NCBI GenBank assembly: GCA_964057225.1
Contig: OZ059899.1
Location: 15,624,001 to 15,688,000, forward strand
Direction: 5' to 3'
DNA length: 64,000 nucleotides
Origin: Auanema rhodensis
Taxonomy: Eukaryota; Animalia; Nematoda
Position numbers and translations under genes: made by a program. Below are positions 11,386 through 25,712 of the stretch, in pieces (the first letter of the stretch is position 1; each line of letters starts with the position of its first letter). Under the pieces are notes generated by a model that worked only from the letters and a program-made list of their open reading frames with translations, did no database searches and had not been told where the DNA came from.

Positions 11386-14300
11386 TAAGTAAACCATAAA
11401 AATAGAAGTCAAAGAAAACGAGGTTCTAGACAAGAATAATAAAAAATGCTGAATAATCAAAAAAAATATGAGCGAGAAAGAAAACTATTATGGAATGAGA
11501 ACCGAGAGAGAGAGCTAGATGATAAGACAGTCATGGCAATATCATATACTGCTGAAGCTGAAGCAAAACGGTCACTGAAAACAGGAGATATGACAAAATA
11601 GAGCGAAAGTCATAATATGAAAACAAAAAGAATTTTGAGAGAAAAGTTAGAGGACCACTTAGTAAAACTTTTATGCTTGTATGGTATTTTGAAGATGACG
11701 TAATGTACGAAAAAATGTAGACAGGACAGAAGACGATGAAGAGAAGTAGCAATAGAAACATGAAAAGAATGGAAAGGGAAGGACAGAAAAGTAACTGCAA
11801 ATACATAAATGGCAGTTGTTCAAGAGCAAGCACCTACCAACATCACCACAACGTAAATGCTGCTGCTGCTGATGATGGTGATGACGACGATGATGTAGAC
11901 GACGACAGCGACGCCAATGATCGTGCTGATGCGAAGAGGACAAGTTATTCTTTCGTGCCTGTTAGTTAGGCTGCAACTATTTTCTTCTTTTGATGTTACT
12001 GTGTTTCTGCTATTACTTTCGCCAGCACTAAGAACACCATCAATGTCAAACTTTGACGACATCGACACTCAGGGTTTGTGAGCGGTGGGGGTGTTAACGA
12101 TGGGGACACCCAGTCTACCTATACTAGCTAGAGACACAGCCAAACGAGACAGAACAACTGGTATTCAATATATTATTGTCACAAAAATGGTGCCCAAGCT
12201 TGTTTCGAAGCGGAGAGAATTTCAGTCAAAAAGATTCAGAACTGCCACGATGTTGCGCGCCAAAAAATAACATACATACACTCGCACTCACACAGCTTTG
12301 GCAGCTGGACATGATGGGAGGACTGGAGACGAAAAGGGTGATGTGCTTTGATGGTAAAGTATTGGATGATTGATAGAAAGTGAATAAAGGATATAGAAGT
12401 TGGATACTCAGCAAAGGAAAAAAAAGTGAAAAAAACAGTACAAGTTTTGAAAAAAAGGAAAAGAAGGAAGCATGATTGTACACACGAGAAATAGAGAAAA
12501 CTATCAATGTCGAAATGCGAGAAGACATAAATGAATAATTTTTATGAAATAAAAGTTTGTGCCCTTCAAAAGCTGTTAGTAAAAAACAAGTGAGACCTCG
12601 AAGGACGTAACGTTGGATAGTGCTGGTCAAGCCTGTCGATGATGGAAGGTCGAGGACTTTCCGCACTTCGGGCAATCAGTTCATCTCATCTTGGGTACCC
12701 AAGGTTCAGCCCAAATATGTAGATATGACCGTCCAGGTCGACTCAATATGCGGGAATGAGCTGGGAAATGGGCGGAGCGAAAAGCGATTGCTGCTGCGCA
12801 GCTCTCTCGCCACCATCTTTTACTTGTCTGTATGTGTCGCAACTATGACTTGCCGGTCAAGCTAAAAGAACATTAAACTACAAAAAAATTCGAAAGCTCA
12901 CTAAAATGACCAGCCAATGTCAGCAATTTTGAATGGCTAGATTTGAACTTTGATCAGTCCGATAGCTTAGACTTTTCGCAGAGAAAAACTGCGCATATTG
13001 ATATAGATTGTGTAAAACTAATCTTTATCTCCTTTAATTTTCAGAATACCGAGTAAAAAGAAAATTGGGAAGTTTTAAGCCTATTTAGCTTTTTACTATC
13101 ATGTTTCTGGCAGTCATGAGAACAAGTAAAAAGAAAAAAATCCTGGCAAAGAAAAATGTAGTTGCAGCAGTCTGATAAACATGACTCGAAAACTTATGTG
13201 TAAGGAAGTTGGAGAAGTCAACGGGTGGGAATACAACTTGAAATTCTTGATTTAATTGGCTAGAAGCAGACAGTACTTGACTAAATGGACTGCCAGCGTT
13301 GGTAAGCAAAAAAAATTAAAAGACTGCGTGAATGAATAAAAGAGAAGAGTCTGAAGAGAGACAGATAGAAGAGTTAAGTCAGTACAAAAGTGTTAAAGAT
13401 TACACGTTATTTATGTGAAGAGCGAAGCATGCGGGATTATGTGTCACTGAACTTGACATTTATGAAAAAAATTGAACGAAAACGGGCAGAAGAAAACCTC
13501 ATCATCATCCCCAACTTGTAGTTTCATAAAGTGGCAGAGTACTCACCTGTTGCACTCACTCACTAGCTTCGAACTTTCATCGTAAAAACTTTTAGACAAA
13601 TGAGTCGAATTGTATTGTTTTCAAAAAACAAGACGTTTTTTTACATTTCATCTTCAAAAAAAGCTTACAATATGTGTTTTGGAATTAAACATTTCGCTGA
13701 ATTTGAGTGTAAATGGAACTTACAAGAAAGGTAAGAATACATTTATGTTCGTAAAATGGGATCAAAAGCTCTGAACTTGCGCAAACGCTTATCGTTCAGC
13801 TCTATAAAAGGTATGAAAACGAGGCCAACGACTTCAGAAAAGCGGTAGACAAGGTAGGCAAGACAAGCAGAGAAGAGGGGGAGGTAGCAATATCAAAGAC
13901 GAAAAAACAGTTGCATTCGGCACACATACACATAATAGCTGTATAAGAACAAATTGAACAAATGTTAACAAAATTTCCAACAACCCCAAAAAGGTAAATA
14001 TGTATGTGTGTATATGTATAAAGGAGAAGAAGCACGACGATGCAAAAGTGGAGAAACATGAAATTGTAAAGTCAACTTTTGGCAACAAGAAGAATAAAAA
14101 AGGAAGAAACTCATGATATTCTAAGCAAGTGTGTGTATTGGACGAGTTCACAAAAGCTTCCGTATCACACAAATAACTGTTTCTAATACAAGCTCATATA
14201 GGTGGGAGAGTACGAGCGCAATGGTGGATAGTGGGCGGGTCATTCATCCGTCTACACGGTGTCTCCGTAATTACTCCTTCACATTCCCATATATACAAAA

Positions 14301-17300
14301 GCTGCGTCGACCCGACAGCGAGGTCAAAGCTCCATTGTGAGACCGTCACCAATACGAAAAGAAGAAGTATCGATTGGGCCGTCGGCGATTGTTCCGATCA
14401 ACCATCAAGCGACTTCGACCACATTAGCAGCTATTAAATAGTTCAACTTCTTCAACTTCACTGTCGTCCGAACACACAACAGCCTCCGATGGTAATATGG
14501 GGAAGACGACGTACTGAACAAGAAGATGTCGTTGAAAGCTAGTGTGGCGGCCACAAATGTCCATCTCTTCCGTGATGTCGTCGAGACCGATGACAATCAT
14601 GATAATGATGCTGCCGATAGTGATGCTGTTAGCATTAAGTATGCATGATCACTAACGATCTTTTGAAGGAGAAGCCGCGGAACTGCTTGCGGCAAACATC
14701 CAGCGGAATAACTGCACCTTGCCATCGGGAAAGATCTTGAATGGTCATGACACTTGCAAGCTAAGGGCAACATATGTGATTAAGAGCTTTAAGATTCTGA
14801 TTGTAAAGTGAATAAATTGAGAGTTTCGTGACTTTATAGCTATGGGGAAGCTAAAAACCGAATAAGGTCAGAACTCAGAAGCACATATACACACATTCAT
14901 ACAGACACTAAAGCAATCTGATGGAAGAGCGGTAATGTGTTTATGAAACGAAAAAAGAGAAATAAAGAAAAAAAGAAAGTGAGAGAGAGAGAGAGATAGA
15001 GAGAGAAAGAATGACAGTCACGCAGTCAAATCTGGATGAGGTAGCCAGCTGGTTGGTAGTAGTCACATACTGAACAGTACAAATGCTATTCTTCCGGGTA
15101 CTATTTTTACATGTTAGGATACAACTCAAAAGGAAAAGAGCTAGAGCTCCCAGGGAAATAAGGAAAATTTTAAAATATGAAGCAATTTGGAAGACAGGCT
15201 TGCAAAGAAACGAACGAGAATTGGCAGGGTTTATGTCAGTACCATGAAGGCTAAAAGTAGCTACTATTATCTAAAGCTGTGACGGCCTTGAACGGGCCGA
15301 GGTCAAAGCTGTATTGTGGTGGTGGCTGCGTAGGAAAATGGTGGAAGGGGTAGTAGAAAAAGAGAAAGACACAGAAAGAGAGCAAAAGTAGCTATTGTGC
15401 CGGCCTCCCGACGATATTGCTAGAGACTGTAGAGAAGCGATGATCGAGGACAAGGGGAGTTGGGTGGCTTGTGGTAGAAAAGTTCGGAAAACAATTTGAA
15501 CACGCCGTAGGAATAAAGACGGTAAATGAGCGAGACCTACGTTCTAGTGGCTGTATGTTTTTGCTGTCGGTTAGACTTAATCGGATATCCGCATCAAAAC
15601 TCCACATAAACAAGCACATGAGAGTAAGCATCGAATAACAGAGATACATAACAGTCAATCAAAGCGATTTGATGACTATCAGAAACTTAGCATGTGCCAT
15701 TGGTTATTAAAGATAAATTTCATGAATGATCAGCCTAATATAACTATTTCAATACTAAACAAATAAAAAAAATATATACAAATTATGAAGTAAACAATTT
15801 AAAAATAGGAACAGAAAGAAAAGCACAACCATCTCATGTCAGCCCGTAAATGAAAATGAGCTAATATCCATGCACTGAAGATTTAAGGAAAAGCTTCATA
15901 CAGTATGCGAACTGTAAGATAAAACCGGATTTCAAATTTGCATTAGAGCGCATTGAATTGGCCATGGACCGAAAGCGGGAGATGCCATATAGTCAGCCAA
16001 TTGAATGGCATATGCTCACAGCTGAAGCGTTGACGAGTGGATAATGGAACATTCCTTGGCTAACTGCCAGCTGCTATCAAAACAAGAGATACATGCAAAC
16101 ATGGAGGTAGGCGTATCATTTCGAAAAGTCGGTAAATGAGAACAGAATTCGTTCTTGAAGAAGAGAAAAAAAGGCATTTTCTCTTGTAAAGCTCGTACAA
16201 GTTGATGATACCATGCTATGGATAGGACAGTATACGAGAGATGATTGGAAAGGGAGATCGAAAAAGAAATAGAAGTGATGTTATTGAGAGAAAATTTTGA
16301 TAAAACAGAAGAAAAATATGATCAAAGAACCCTTCCTAGTTAGTCTCGTGGTATGTTGTCATTCACGAAGCTGATTGGTCAGTCAATCAACAGGCTGCGA
16401 AAGCTTGGGCATGGCATACAGCATGATTATGGTTGTTTGTGGTTAAGAATTATTTGCAAAAAGTTGAAAGCTATAGAAACGGTCTCATGAGGTGAGAGAG
16501 TGAGAGAGAGAGCAAAAGAGGGAAGGACGAAGAGTAGGAGGCAGCTAGTTAACTGTGGTGCGAAGATATTTCCGATTATGGGAAAAGAGATTGCCGAGAA
16601 AGAAGCGAAACAGTACAAGGAAAACTGGAGACTAAGATGGATAGTCTCGAAAAGAGAGCGAGAAAGAGAGAGACCGTGTTTGGTCGAAAAGGGGTGATAG
16701 GGTAAGCTGCGGCCACTCAGTTAACTATTGAGGCTGTGGAGCGCTGCTGATGGTAGGGTGGTGTCGTCGGCGAGTCGACATCGTCGATCGTCGGAAGAAG
16801 GGTGAAAAGACCTCAGCTGAAGGTCAAAGCTACCAATAGCGAAGTATTGATTGAACGGCATTGAATCGCTTACATCTAATGCTACTGGTCATGGTTACCT
16901 ATCTAGATGTTAGGAGAGAGAGACAGTAAAAGAGATCGCAACAGTAAAAGAGAGAAGTGCGAGATTGAGAGAGAAAGAGACATAGAGAGAAGAGCCGTCC
17001 CCATACAGAAGTAAAAGCGATTACGTGATTGATTAGCCTTTTTGGTTAGTTAGTCCCAGCTAGATGATTTGCTATTCTAACAGTGGATCGGCGCTATATG
17101 CATAGTGTAGGTAACTACGGTAAAGCATGGGAGCTTAATCTATATTGAACTGAAAGAAAACATACTTACAAAACTCAGTAATGTGAATTCGAGAAAAAAT
17201 GTCCGAAACAAATTTCATGGGAACAATCTGGAACGCAATCGCTTAAAGCTTTTGAATCATCTTCCAGGTTGTGAGGAGGTCAAGGTTGAAGCTTTCAAAT

Positions 17301-20300
17301 AGCTTTAAATTCCTCCTAATCTTCTCTCATTTTCTACATACAATCGTTTGCTCTACTTCTCTCTTTCTCTCTTGTTTGTATCTCGTATTTCTTCCTCTTT
17401 TTCCTCGTCATTTCATGAAATTGCTGTCATCTTTTAGCTGTTGTAGTAGATTGTTCGCTGGTGGCCTATGACCACCATCGGCAGCATCATCAGCATCGAT
17501 AGTCGAGAAACCTGCTGTCGATTGACAGCATAACCCTTCTCCCCAGGAATGACAGAGGGCATGAGAGAAGACGAGAAACAGTAGTTGAAGATAGAACAGA
17601 TAATACGAAGAGAGTACAAGAAAAATACAAAATTCAGAGAGAGACTCGACGATGAAAGTTTAGGCTAAAAAGTACAAAAGCCTCTTATAATGGGCCGACG
17701 TCGTGTTGGGGTTAACAACGTTGACGACAACGACAACTGCTGATGACGTCCTGTGCCGATACATGCGTTTAAGGACAGTAACCTCTCCTTTTACAAACAT
17801 AGTACTAACATCACTACCATGATTAGCCATAACAGCAACAGTAGCAACAGCAGTAAGGTCGAAAGCAGGACATGGTAATAGTAGTTAGCTGTATCGTCAA
17901 TAGGAACATGTGAAGCTTAGAGAGCGGAGAGGGAAGAGTGGAGAAAGGGTGCGTGTTATAGAATATGAAGAGGAGGGTAAGGATGGATAACCTGGAGACA
18001 CGGTATTTATGCAAAGCTGCTGATACATAGTAGATGGGTTAGAGATAGGTTGAGATGTAGCCTTGTGGCCGTTCGATTGTTCCCGAATACACCGGTAAGT
18101 AGATTGGCGTGGGGGAGGGGGCACATATACTTTAGCAGAATATGATATGAAATGATAAAGATAGTTGAAAAGCATAATGATGATTCTATCACCATCATCT
18201 TCTATATCATTCGTATTGTTGATGATGATGATGATGATGACAACGCCCTAGAAAAATGTTTTTGGACCGTATCAAGCTCTTCATCTACTGCTGCAGGTGC
18301 TGTAGCTGCTGTTGTTCATCATCGTACATGCTATAACTGCTGTTGCTGCTGCTAAGGTTGGCTGCTATTGATGCTGGTGCTGATAGTGATGGTAAAGAAG
18401 AAGAAGAATAAGAAGAAGAAAAAGAATGCACATCTGAATCTAAGTGACATTCATGGTGACGTCATCATTATTGAATACAATACACATAGTTGTGAAAGAA
18501 GAAAAGCTTGTAAGGTTAACATACAAGGTTGTCTACATACAGAGAGCATCAGAAATAGAAATGACGATGTCCAGCTGCTTTGGTATTGCTTTAGACTCAG
18601 AAACAAAACGGACCCCAAACCAACAACCAGATGATTCATCCTATTGTTCAGAGGATATTGGCGCCAAAAAATTTTTGAGAAAAGAGCAACTAGCCGTTCG
18701 ATTTTCGATTACTTTATCCTGTGACTTAGGCTAGATGATAGGGTGCAAACTAATGTGAGCTGTTTAAGTCAGATCAGAAGATAATAATCAGATAATGATT
18801 ATGCTTTATAAAGCTAACGATACAATTGAATTTCCTAAAATAGAAAGATGTAATCATGAAGGTAAATTTAAAAATAAATAAAAGAAGAAACTAATAAATA
18901 AAAGATATTTCATAAGAGAAGTGGGTACATAGTGACATGACGGCGAAAAAGCCAACCGTTCATCGCGTTTGATTTGACCAAGAATAAGCAAAAAACGGAC
19001 ATACATAGGTCACGTGATGTTTCACGTAAAATGAATAGGAATTATGGTAAAAAGATTTGAAAAAAATGTTGACAAGTTGTTAAAGGATTCTAATGATACT
19101 TCGGAATTCTCAAAAAAGAAAAGCTTTATAAAAAGTTAAGCTGGAATGTGCCAATACTAGAATAGAACACACAATAACAGAAAAAAACAATAAAATGCTT
19201 CAATTAAGACGAAGTTAATTGGTGATAATGAGCTGGAAATTGAAGAAAAGTTGGTTAAGTCATAGGTTGAAGTACAGTATAGGCAAATTAGATGCTAATC
19301 CTATAATAGCGCATAAGTAATTAGGCAATATGAAGGACTTTATACTAGGGTATATGGCTAGTGATGGGCATTCATGTATAGTTAGTATAGTTAATTAGAA
19401 AAAAAATAAAAAAAAAGGTATTAGAGATAGATAAGAGAGTGATTAAGAGAGAGAGAGAGAAGGAGTTTGGAGGAAAGGGGCGAGAGTGGGTGGAGTATGA
19501 GTATGAGTATGGATTGAAGAAGATAGACATAGAGAGAGAACGATAGAGTATAACTGTCTGAATAATATGGAAGAGAGGAAATAAGAACTGTTGAGACATG
19601 AGAGATTGACCATCCTCTGGGCCAAGCTCGTCATTTTCCTCCAATTGACTGGCTGAACACTCGGAAGAGATCCATCGACAGTCGAAGGTCACCCTATCTC
19701 TTCTTCTTCTTGCTTTTTTGACTTAGAAAGTTCTCAAAGAGACCATATAGTTTTGGATTGAAGATAAAGGAAAAGAAGAGAGAAGAATGCTATATAGAAG
19801 AGAATGAAGAAAAGAAAGAGATATATTGAAAAGGGCAAATCTGAACAATTATGATGCTTCGAAGAGAAAGGAATGTCATCTTATTAATACAAGGAAAAAT
19901 ATCTTTTAGCTTAGCAGAGTTGATTCCAAATGCAATAGAGGGATATAAGGAGAAAAAGAGAATTGGGTGAGGCCGGAAGGGAGGGATTTAAGAAGTCACA
20001 AGCGGATGAAGTATCTGGATGAAGTTCGAATAGTATACAAAGAAAGTTTCAGGTGCTTGTTGCAAAACTTGTATTGATGGCTGAATGTATGTATGTTCAT
20101 ATGTACACTAGCTGGCTATTTCGTTATACAACGATATACAAGCCGATTATAGTCTTAGTTGAACTTCCAGGGAAAGGAGTAAGGCTGGTGTAGAGTGAAA
20201 GGGGGGGGTAGAGAATAACAGTAACGAAATGAAACATACATGCATTCTCTTACAATAAACTAAAAGAAAGAAAAAAGAAGAAGAGAAATACAACGAGAAA

Positions 20301-23300
20301 TATGAAAAACAAATCAAAACAAGAGAAAAAAACATATTAAGAGAGAAAGAGAGAGTGTATGTTAACTATTATTTTGAGACAAAACTTGAAAGAAGTCGAA
20401 CAGAGAAAGAGAGAGTTGGGACCATAATGTGTAGACAAAGTACTGTTCTTACAAACAATTTGAAACAATATATATATATATATTTTTTTTTTTTAAGATT
20501 TAAGGGTTTTAAGGCTTAATTTAACAAAATATTTAAAAAATAACTAATTGTTTTTAAGCTTTATATTTGAAAATAAAAATTTTATTGGTCTCACAACGAA
20601 CCTCTTGTTCACCGTTAGTATTCATAAACAGCAACACATACATACATCTGACACACATCACAGAAAACAGTCTTTACAAACAATTCCTGCCAATGAAAAA
20701 TCATTCGATTCATCTTCTTTTCCTCTTGTCCTCGTGTCCGCACGCCATCTCTCTTTCTCCTTGTCTTTCTGTTTCTCTATCACTCACTCCATCTTCTCGC
20801 TTCTTCAACCTCATAGGCACAAAGCGTTCAGATGAAAGATGGACCAATTGAAAGGTTGAATTGTCAATTTCAACATAAAATATTTGACCAAATATGGGTT
20901 GTCATGATGGAAGTAGTAGTAAGCCTTCGATGTGTGTGGCGATGAAGGAGGAAGGAAGGGGTATGGTCTATTCTGCTGCTGAGCGGCAGACGTGACAACT
21001 TTGTATGATGAGACATTGATGAACTTATGTGTCAGTTAGCTACCTGTCCTCTTTTTATGTTTAAATAGTTAAAGAAGATTTTTTTGGGAAAATTATAAAA
21101 AAAAGGTTGGAAAGAGATGAAGGGAACGTAAGAAAGAAGCGGCTTGTTGAAAAACTTGGCACGGTTACCGGCTTTGCGAGCTTGGTCTTCATTCCTAGAG
21201 AGACATGTAGCTGATGCAGATGCCACAAGAAAGGCTACATACACCAAGTAATAGGGCATTCGGATTGCTTTCTCATCCATTTTCATACGCTTTTTTGATG
21301 TAAATAGGTATTTGACGTCGATAGGTCGTCATCCAAAAATCAGTTGAAGCGAGAGGATGATAGAGATAGATAGAGAGGGAGAGATACAAAGATAGAGAGA
21401 AACAGGGGCAGAATAAGAAAGAATATAGAGGAAATAGAATAAGGAAGAAACTAGTTTGTAGAGTTACATGGAATTTGAAATAGTAACAGATGAGTAGCAT
21501 GAAGTTGATCAAAGCACGTGTCCTGACATGTCATTCATGCACGGAGCTTTGAAGCATCACGTTATACTGTAAGAAGACACATTGTAAATATGGACTTGTA
21601 GCCTATCAAATAATTTTGAATTTAAAACTTCAACTTTGAAGATCATATTGTAAATTTATAAATTCACATGATACTAGTAGCTACTAATGACGAGGAAAGT
21701 CATAAAAAGAAACAAAAAAACAGAAAACCATGTAGTATACGTTATTGAATATGAGTGATGAGTGACTATAGAGGCTACATGGAAGTTCAAACTCAGATAT
21801 AGAGATAATAAGAGTTGAGAGGGTGTAGAGAAAGAGAGAAATGGCATAGAGAGATGAGTAGAGGCAGAAGAAGATGCTGGTTGTTCATGCTGGTTAAGCG
21901 CAACAAAAAAATGGCGAAGTACAGTCAGACTTGTGTGCTGCGTTTTTGTGCTTGTATGACGAATCATTACTGGGAGCTGAAACAAGATAGAGTAGAGAGG
22001 GAGAGAGAGGCGAGTTCACGCAAGGAGATGTAGGGAGGAAGAGAGAGAGAGAGAACGAAGTGTTATAACTATAAAGTAAGAGAGATAAAGAGAATGATAG
22101 AAACAGCATTGTCTGAAGCGAAGCATGACAAAAGCTGGAGAGCTGAGTAATCGGGTAGCCATCGTCGTCCTCTTGGGTCTAAACCATACTTCCTTGTTTA
22201 ACTACCAAACTGTATCTCCTTCTCTCTCCTTGTCTCTCTTTTTTTCCCTCGTATCTCTTGATGCCTTACTTGTTTCATGTTCAGTTCTCTACTTCTCTCG
22301 CAATTCTCTCAAACCTTAGTCCAATCCTCTCAATCCTTCCAATCCTGAACGGATCTTTCTGTTTCATTGTCTATTCCTCTCTGATATTTCTTCATTCTCT
22401 AATCTTCATTTGTACTTCCAGCATTCAATCATACAAAACAGGCCAAAGCAGAAGAGCAGATACAGACCCAGAAAGTTCGTATTACTTGCTTTCAACCATT
22501 TGTAGATGAGAATATATCTATCTTTCTCTCTCTCTTTCTCTTTTCTCTTTCTGCTTGCCAATCAGACCAGCATCTTGTTCTTCTACAGATAGTGCTACGG
22601 AGCGAAATAACTTCGTCAACCTATAGGCGGGGTTGGTTAAAGATGAGAGTGGTAGAAGAAAAGGGGAGAGGTCATGCTTCAACCATGCTTGTGAACATAA
22701 AACTTTTTTAATTCTTCAGCATTTGCTGCCGTTTTCCAGCTACTTGTATGTCATCTTGCAACTTTACGTGTCCTCCACCATCGTCTTCTCGTTGTGCCCA
22801 TCGTTCCGTTGTCTTCGTCTCATCATCACGACGTAGAAACTACGGTTTTGCAAATTGTGATCGGTAATAAAGGGCAAGGACATTGAAAGGAAAAGACGGA
22901 CAACTGAAAGAGGGATGGAATATGGCATTACGTGCCCGTACGGGCAAGTAAGCGAACCGTCATCGACAAGCCAGTGGCGCTCACGATAATGCTGTCGTCT
23001 TGTCTCGACAGCATCATCTTCGATTTTCTACATAAAAGTCTAAAATGAAAAGTGAAGCTCTTTAGAGAGTATACAGAGAATAAGAAGCTTGTATATAGAG
23101 AGAATTAAGGATGAGGAAGTTGATGTGGACATGAGGGACTGATGCCCTATTACAGAAAATTGTAGAAATGAGTGTTAATCTTGAAAGCATAAGAGAAGAA
23201 GATATATACAGCAAAAGCTTTGAAATAGCTAAATGTGATGAAGTGGAAACAAAGCAAACAAGATATGATTGAAATGTGAGCAGGTAAGGGACAAATGAGG

Positions 23301-24076
23301 GGGTGGAGTTATAGCAAAGAGTACGGGAGAATTAAAGCCAATGATAGACGAATATAAACTAGAGATGCTTGAAAGAGAGAAACAGGAACAGGAAGAGTGG
23401 GACAGAGCGAAAAAGATACAGTAAAGCAATAGGTAGCTCCTCTAGGTTATAGTTGTAGCATCAGCATCAATTGCAACATGCAACTTAACAAGTCGGCCAC
23501 AGGTTAATCGATCGAGGGCCGTATTACTCTGATGGAAAACAAGCATTATGTCATTACAACCCGAAATTGGTTCGCACAAAAATACAATTTTTACAATCTT
23601 TCTCAACTTTCTCTCTCTCTCTCTCTTTCTCTCTCTCCCTCTTTCTATTCTACTCTCTTATACTGTTACACGATCTTTTTCTCTTCAAATTTAGTAGAAT
23701 GTTGTGATGATATTCGAATTGTTGCCAGATAGAGGGCTGGTCCATGCTGTTATAAGCCTGCTGACAGTAGCTATTGCTCACAGCTTTATGCTGTTATTGA
23801 TACTGTGATGATGGAAAGGTATGGTAGATGAAGAGAAAAGGGAAGTGGAGGGTGGCTGGATGATGATGCACGAGTGGAGGGTGCGAAGCGGCTTAGTGTG
23901 TTTCATGTACCTGTTACTCGTCATTTTCCAGCTGAAAAGGTAAATTGTTTGAGAGCGCCAGCCAACATCGATGATGATGGTGATGTTGATGATGAAACAA
24001 GCCCGAAATGGCACAACAGTAGACACCACAGTTGCAGCAAAAAGTAGGAGGAAAAGTAAAAGCGAGGTTGAATGAA

Positions 24077-24079
<3 letters not shown>

Positions 24080-24145
<66 letters not shown>
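24080..24145. repeat. (GA)n microsatellite, ~33 units
   Basis: Uninterrupted GA dinucleotide run. Confidence 0.97.
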
Positions 24146-24152
<7 letters not shown>

Positions 24153-25674
24153 GTGGTGGGAAACAGCCTGTTAAATCGGCCAATTTGCAATAAACTGTAT
24201 GAAACGCTTAATCGTCAGAGTGAGTGAAGCCAACCCCAAAGCACATACAACATCAGAGACATTCATGACAGTCGTAAGCCTTTGAACGACTTTCCGTAAA
24301 GTCGAGAATAGCGACGAGAGGAATAGTTTGTGGACGAATAGGGGTCGACTGGGGACTAAGGTGTGTAGGAGGACAAGGTCGGCAAAAAGCTGAGAGCTGT
24401 ACGACAGTAGTTGAGTAGGAAGAAGGAAAAGAAAGATTATGTAAGCATTGCAATGTATTTACAGTCCCTCTATAATTGAATGAATTTTAAAAGTTTTGAA
24501 TTTGAATCAAGTTGTGTTACAACCAGAAGCTTGAGATCATTGAAGATTCGGTACATGTACACTGCGATGTGTTTGTGGTAGAGAAAGGGAGAGAAAGAGA
24601 GAGTAAAAGAGAGGAAGAGAGAGAAAGAGAGAGATAAATAGAAATTTAGGTTTCAGAACTAACAATAGAGAAATTGATAAATTGACCAAAAAATGTTGAA
24701 ATATCTGTTAGGAAATAAAGAAAATACTCCAATGGTTTGATAGATAACCAGCTGGCATCTGCTTGCTTCATCAAGCTGTCCGTACACGATCCGGCTAAAT
24801 GAGTGACCGACGGATGAGGACACGGATGCATTCCTTCAGTCTACACGCGACAGCCGTTGATCACGTTAACTGCTTCAGGGCCATTTCAGCAGTGGTTTGT
24901 GCTGTTGACGGATAGATAGAAATTGAAAATACCGGCCAATAGCTGAGCTGTGTTGGAGAATTCATGAAGATGAGAAGGACAATATGTAGCTTGATGGGGC
25001 TACCGAAGGCCAACCGTATGACTTTTAGACTATAAAAGTGCAGCATCAGCTCCAGATGAAGGCTAACGATATGATGTCAAAGTGAAAGTTAGCTTCATCA
25101 TAAATATGGCCATTAACAGTATCATCGCTGTTGCTGCCATTAATTTGTTGTTCGTCTCATTGACAGTCTTCTGAAAGCCAATACAACAGACATCCTTCAA
25201 CGAGTAAACAGACGACAGAAGTTGTCAACATTCTGCATGATCCATCTTGACGACAACTTCCTCTGCGTATGTCCTATGCCCTCTACTATGAACATCAATT
25301 TCACAATCATAACACTGGTCCATCGAGCGTAAGTCGTACTTGATTACTGTGTTGACATGGATGCTGTTTATCAGTTAGTAATGAACTAGACGTAGCATTA
25401 CTATTATCATCTGCTACTATAAAGCGAGCATCAGAATTTGGAGCTCAATGATCTGCAGAAGGACATATGGCATAGAACATTCATGCGCTATAATTTGATT
25501 CAATAGGTACATGAAAGACAAAAAAGGAGAGGAGAAAAAAATGAGAGAATGACGTTGAAAACCGAAAGAGGTTGATAGAAGTGGAAACGAAACACGGAGA
25601 AAAAGGATCGCAAAAGTTATTGCGGAAGAGCGAAACAAGAGGTATTGTAGCTTGATGATGTACCATGGCTACTA

Positions 25675-25712
<38 letters not shown>

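Noticed and set aside
11820-12062. Minus-strand ORF MSSKFDIDGVL (eh1-like motif) as an extra first exon of the zinc-finger gene
   Set aside because: An in-frame TAG lies between the 11380 acceptor and ATG 11354, and there is no strong donor.
24481-24555. bantam/mir-80-like seed TGAGATCA with a weak fold-back
   Set aside because: Several mismatches and a ~30-nt loop; not a convincing pre-miRNA.
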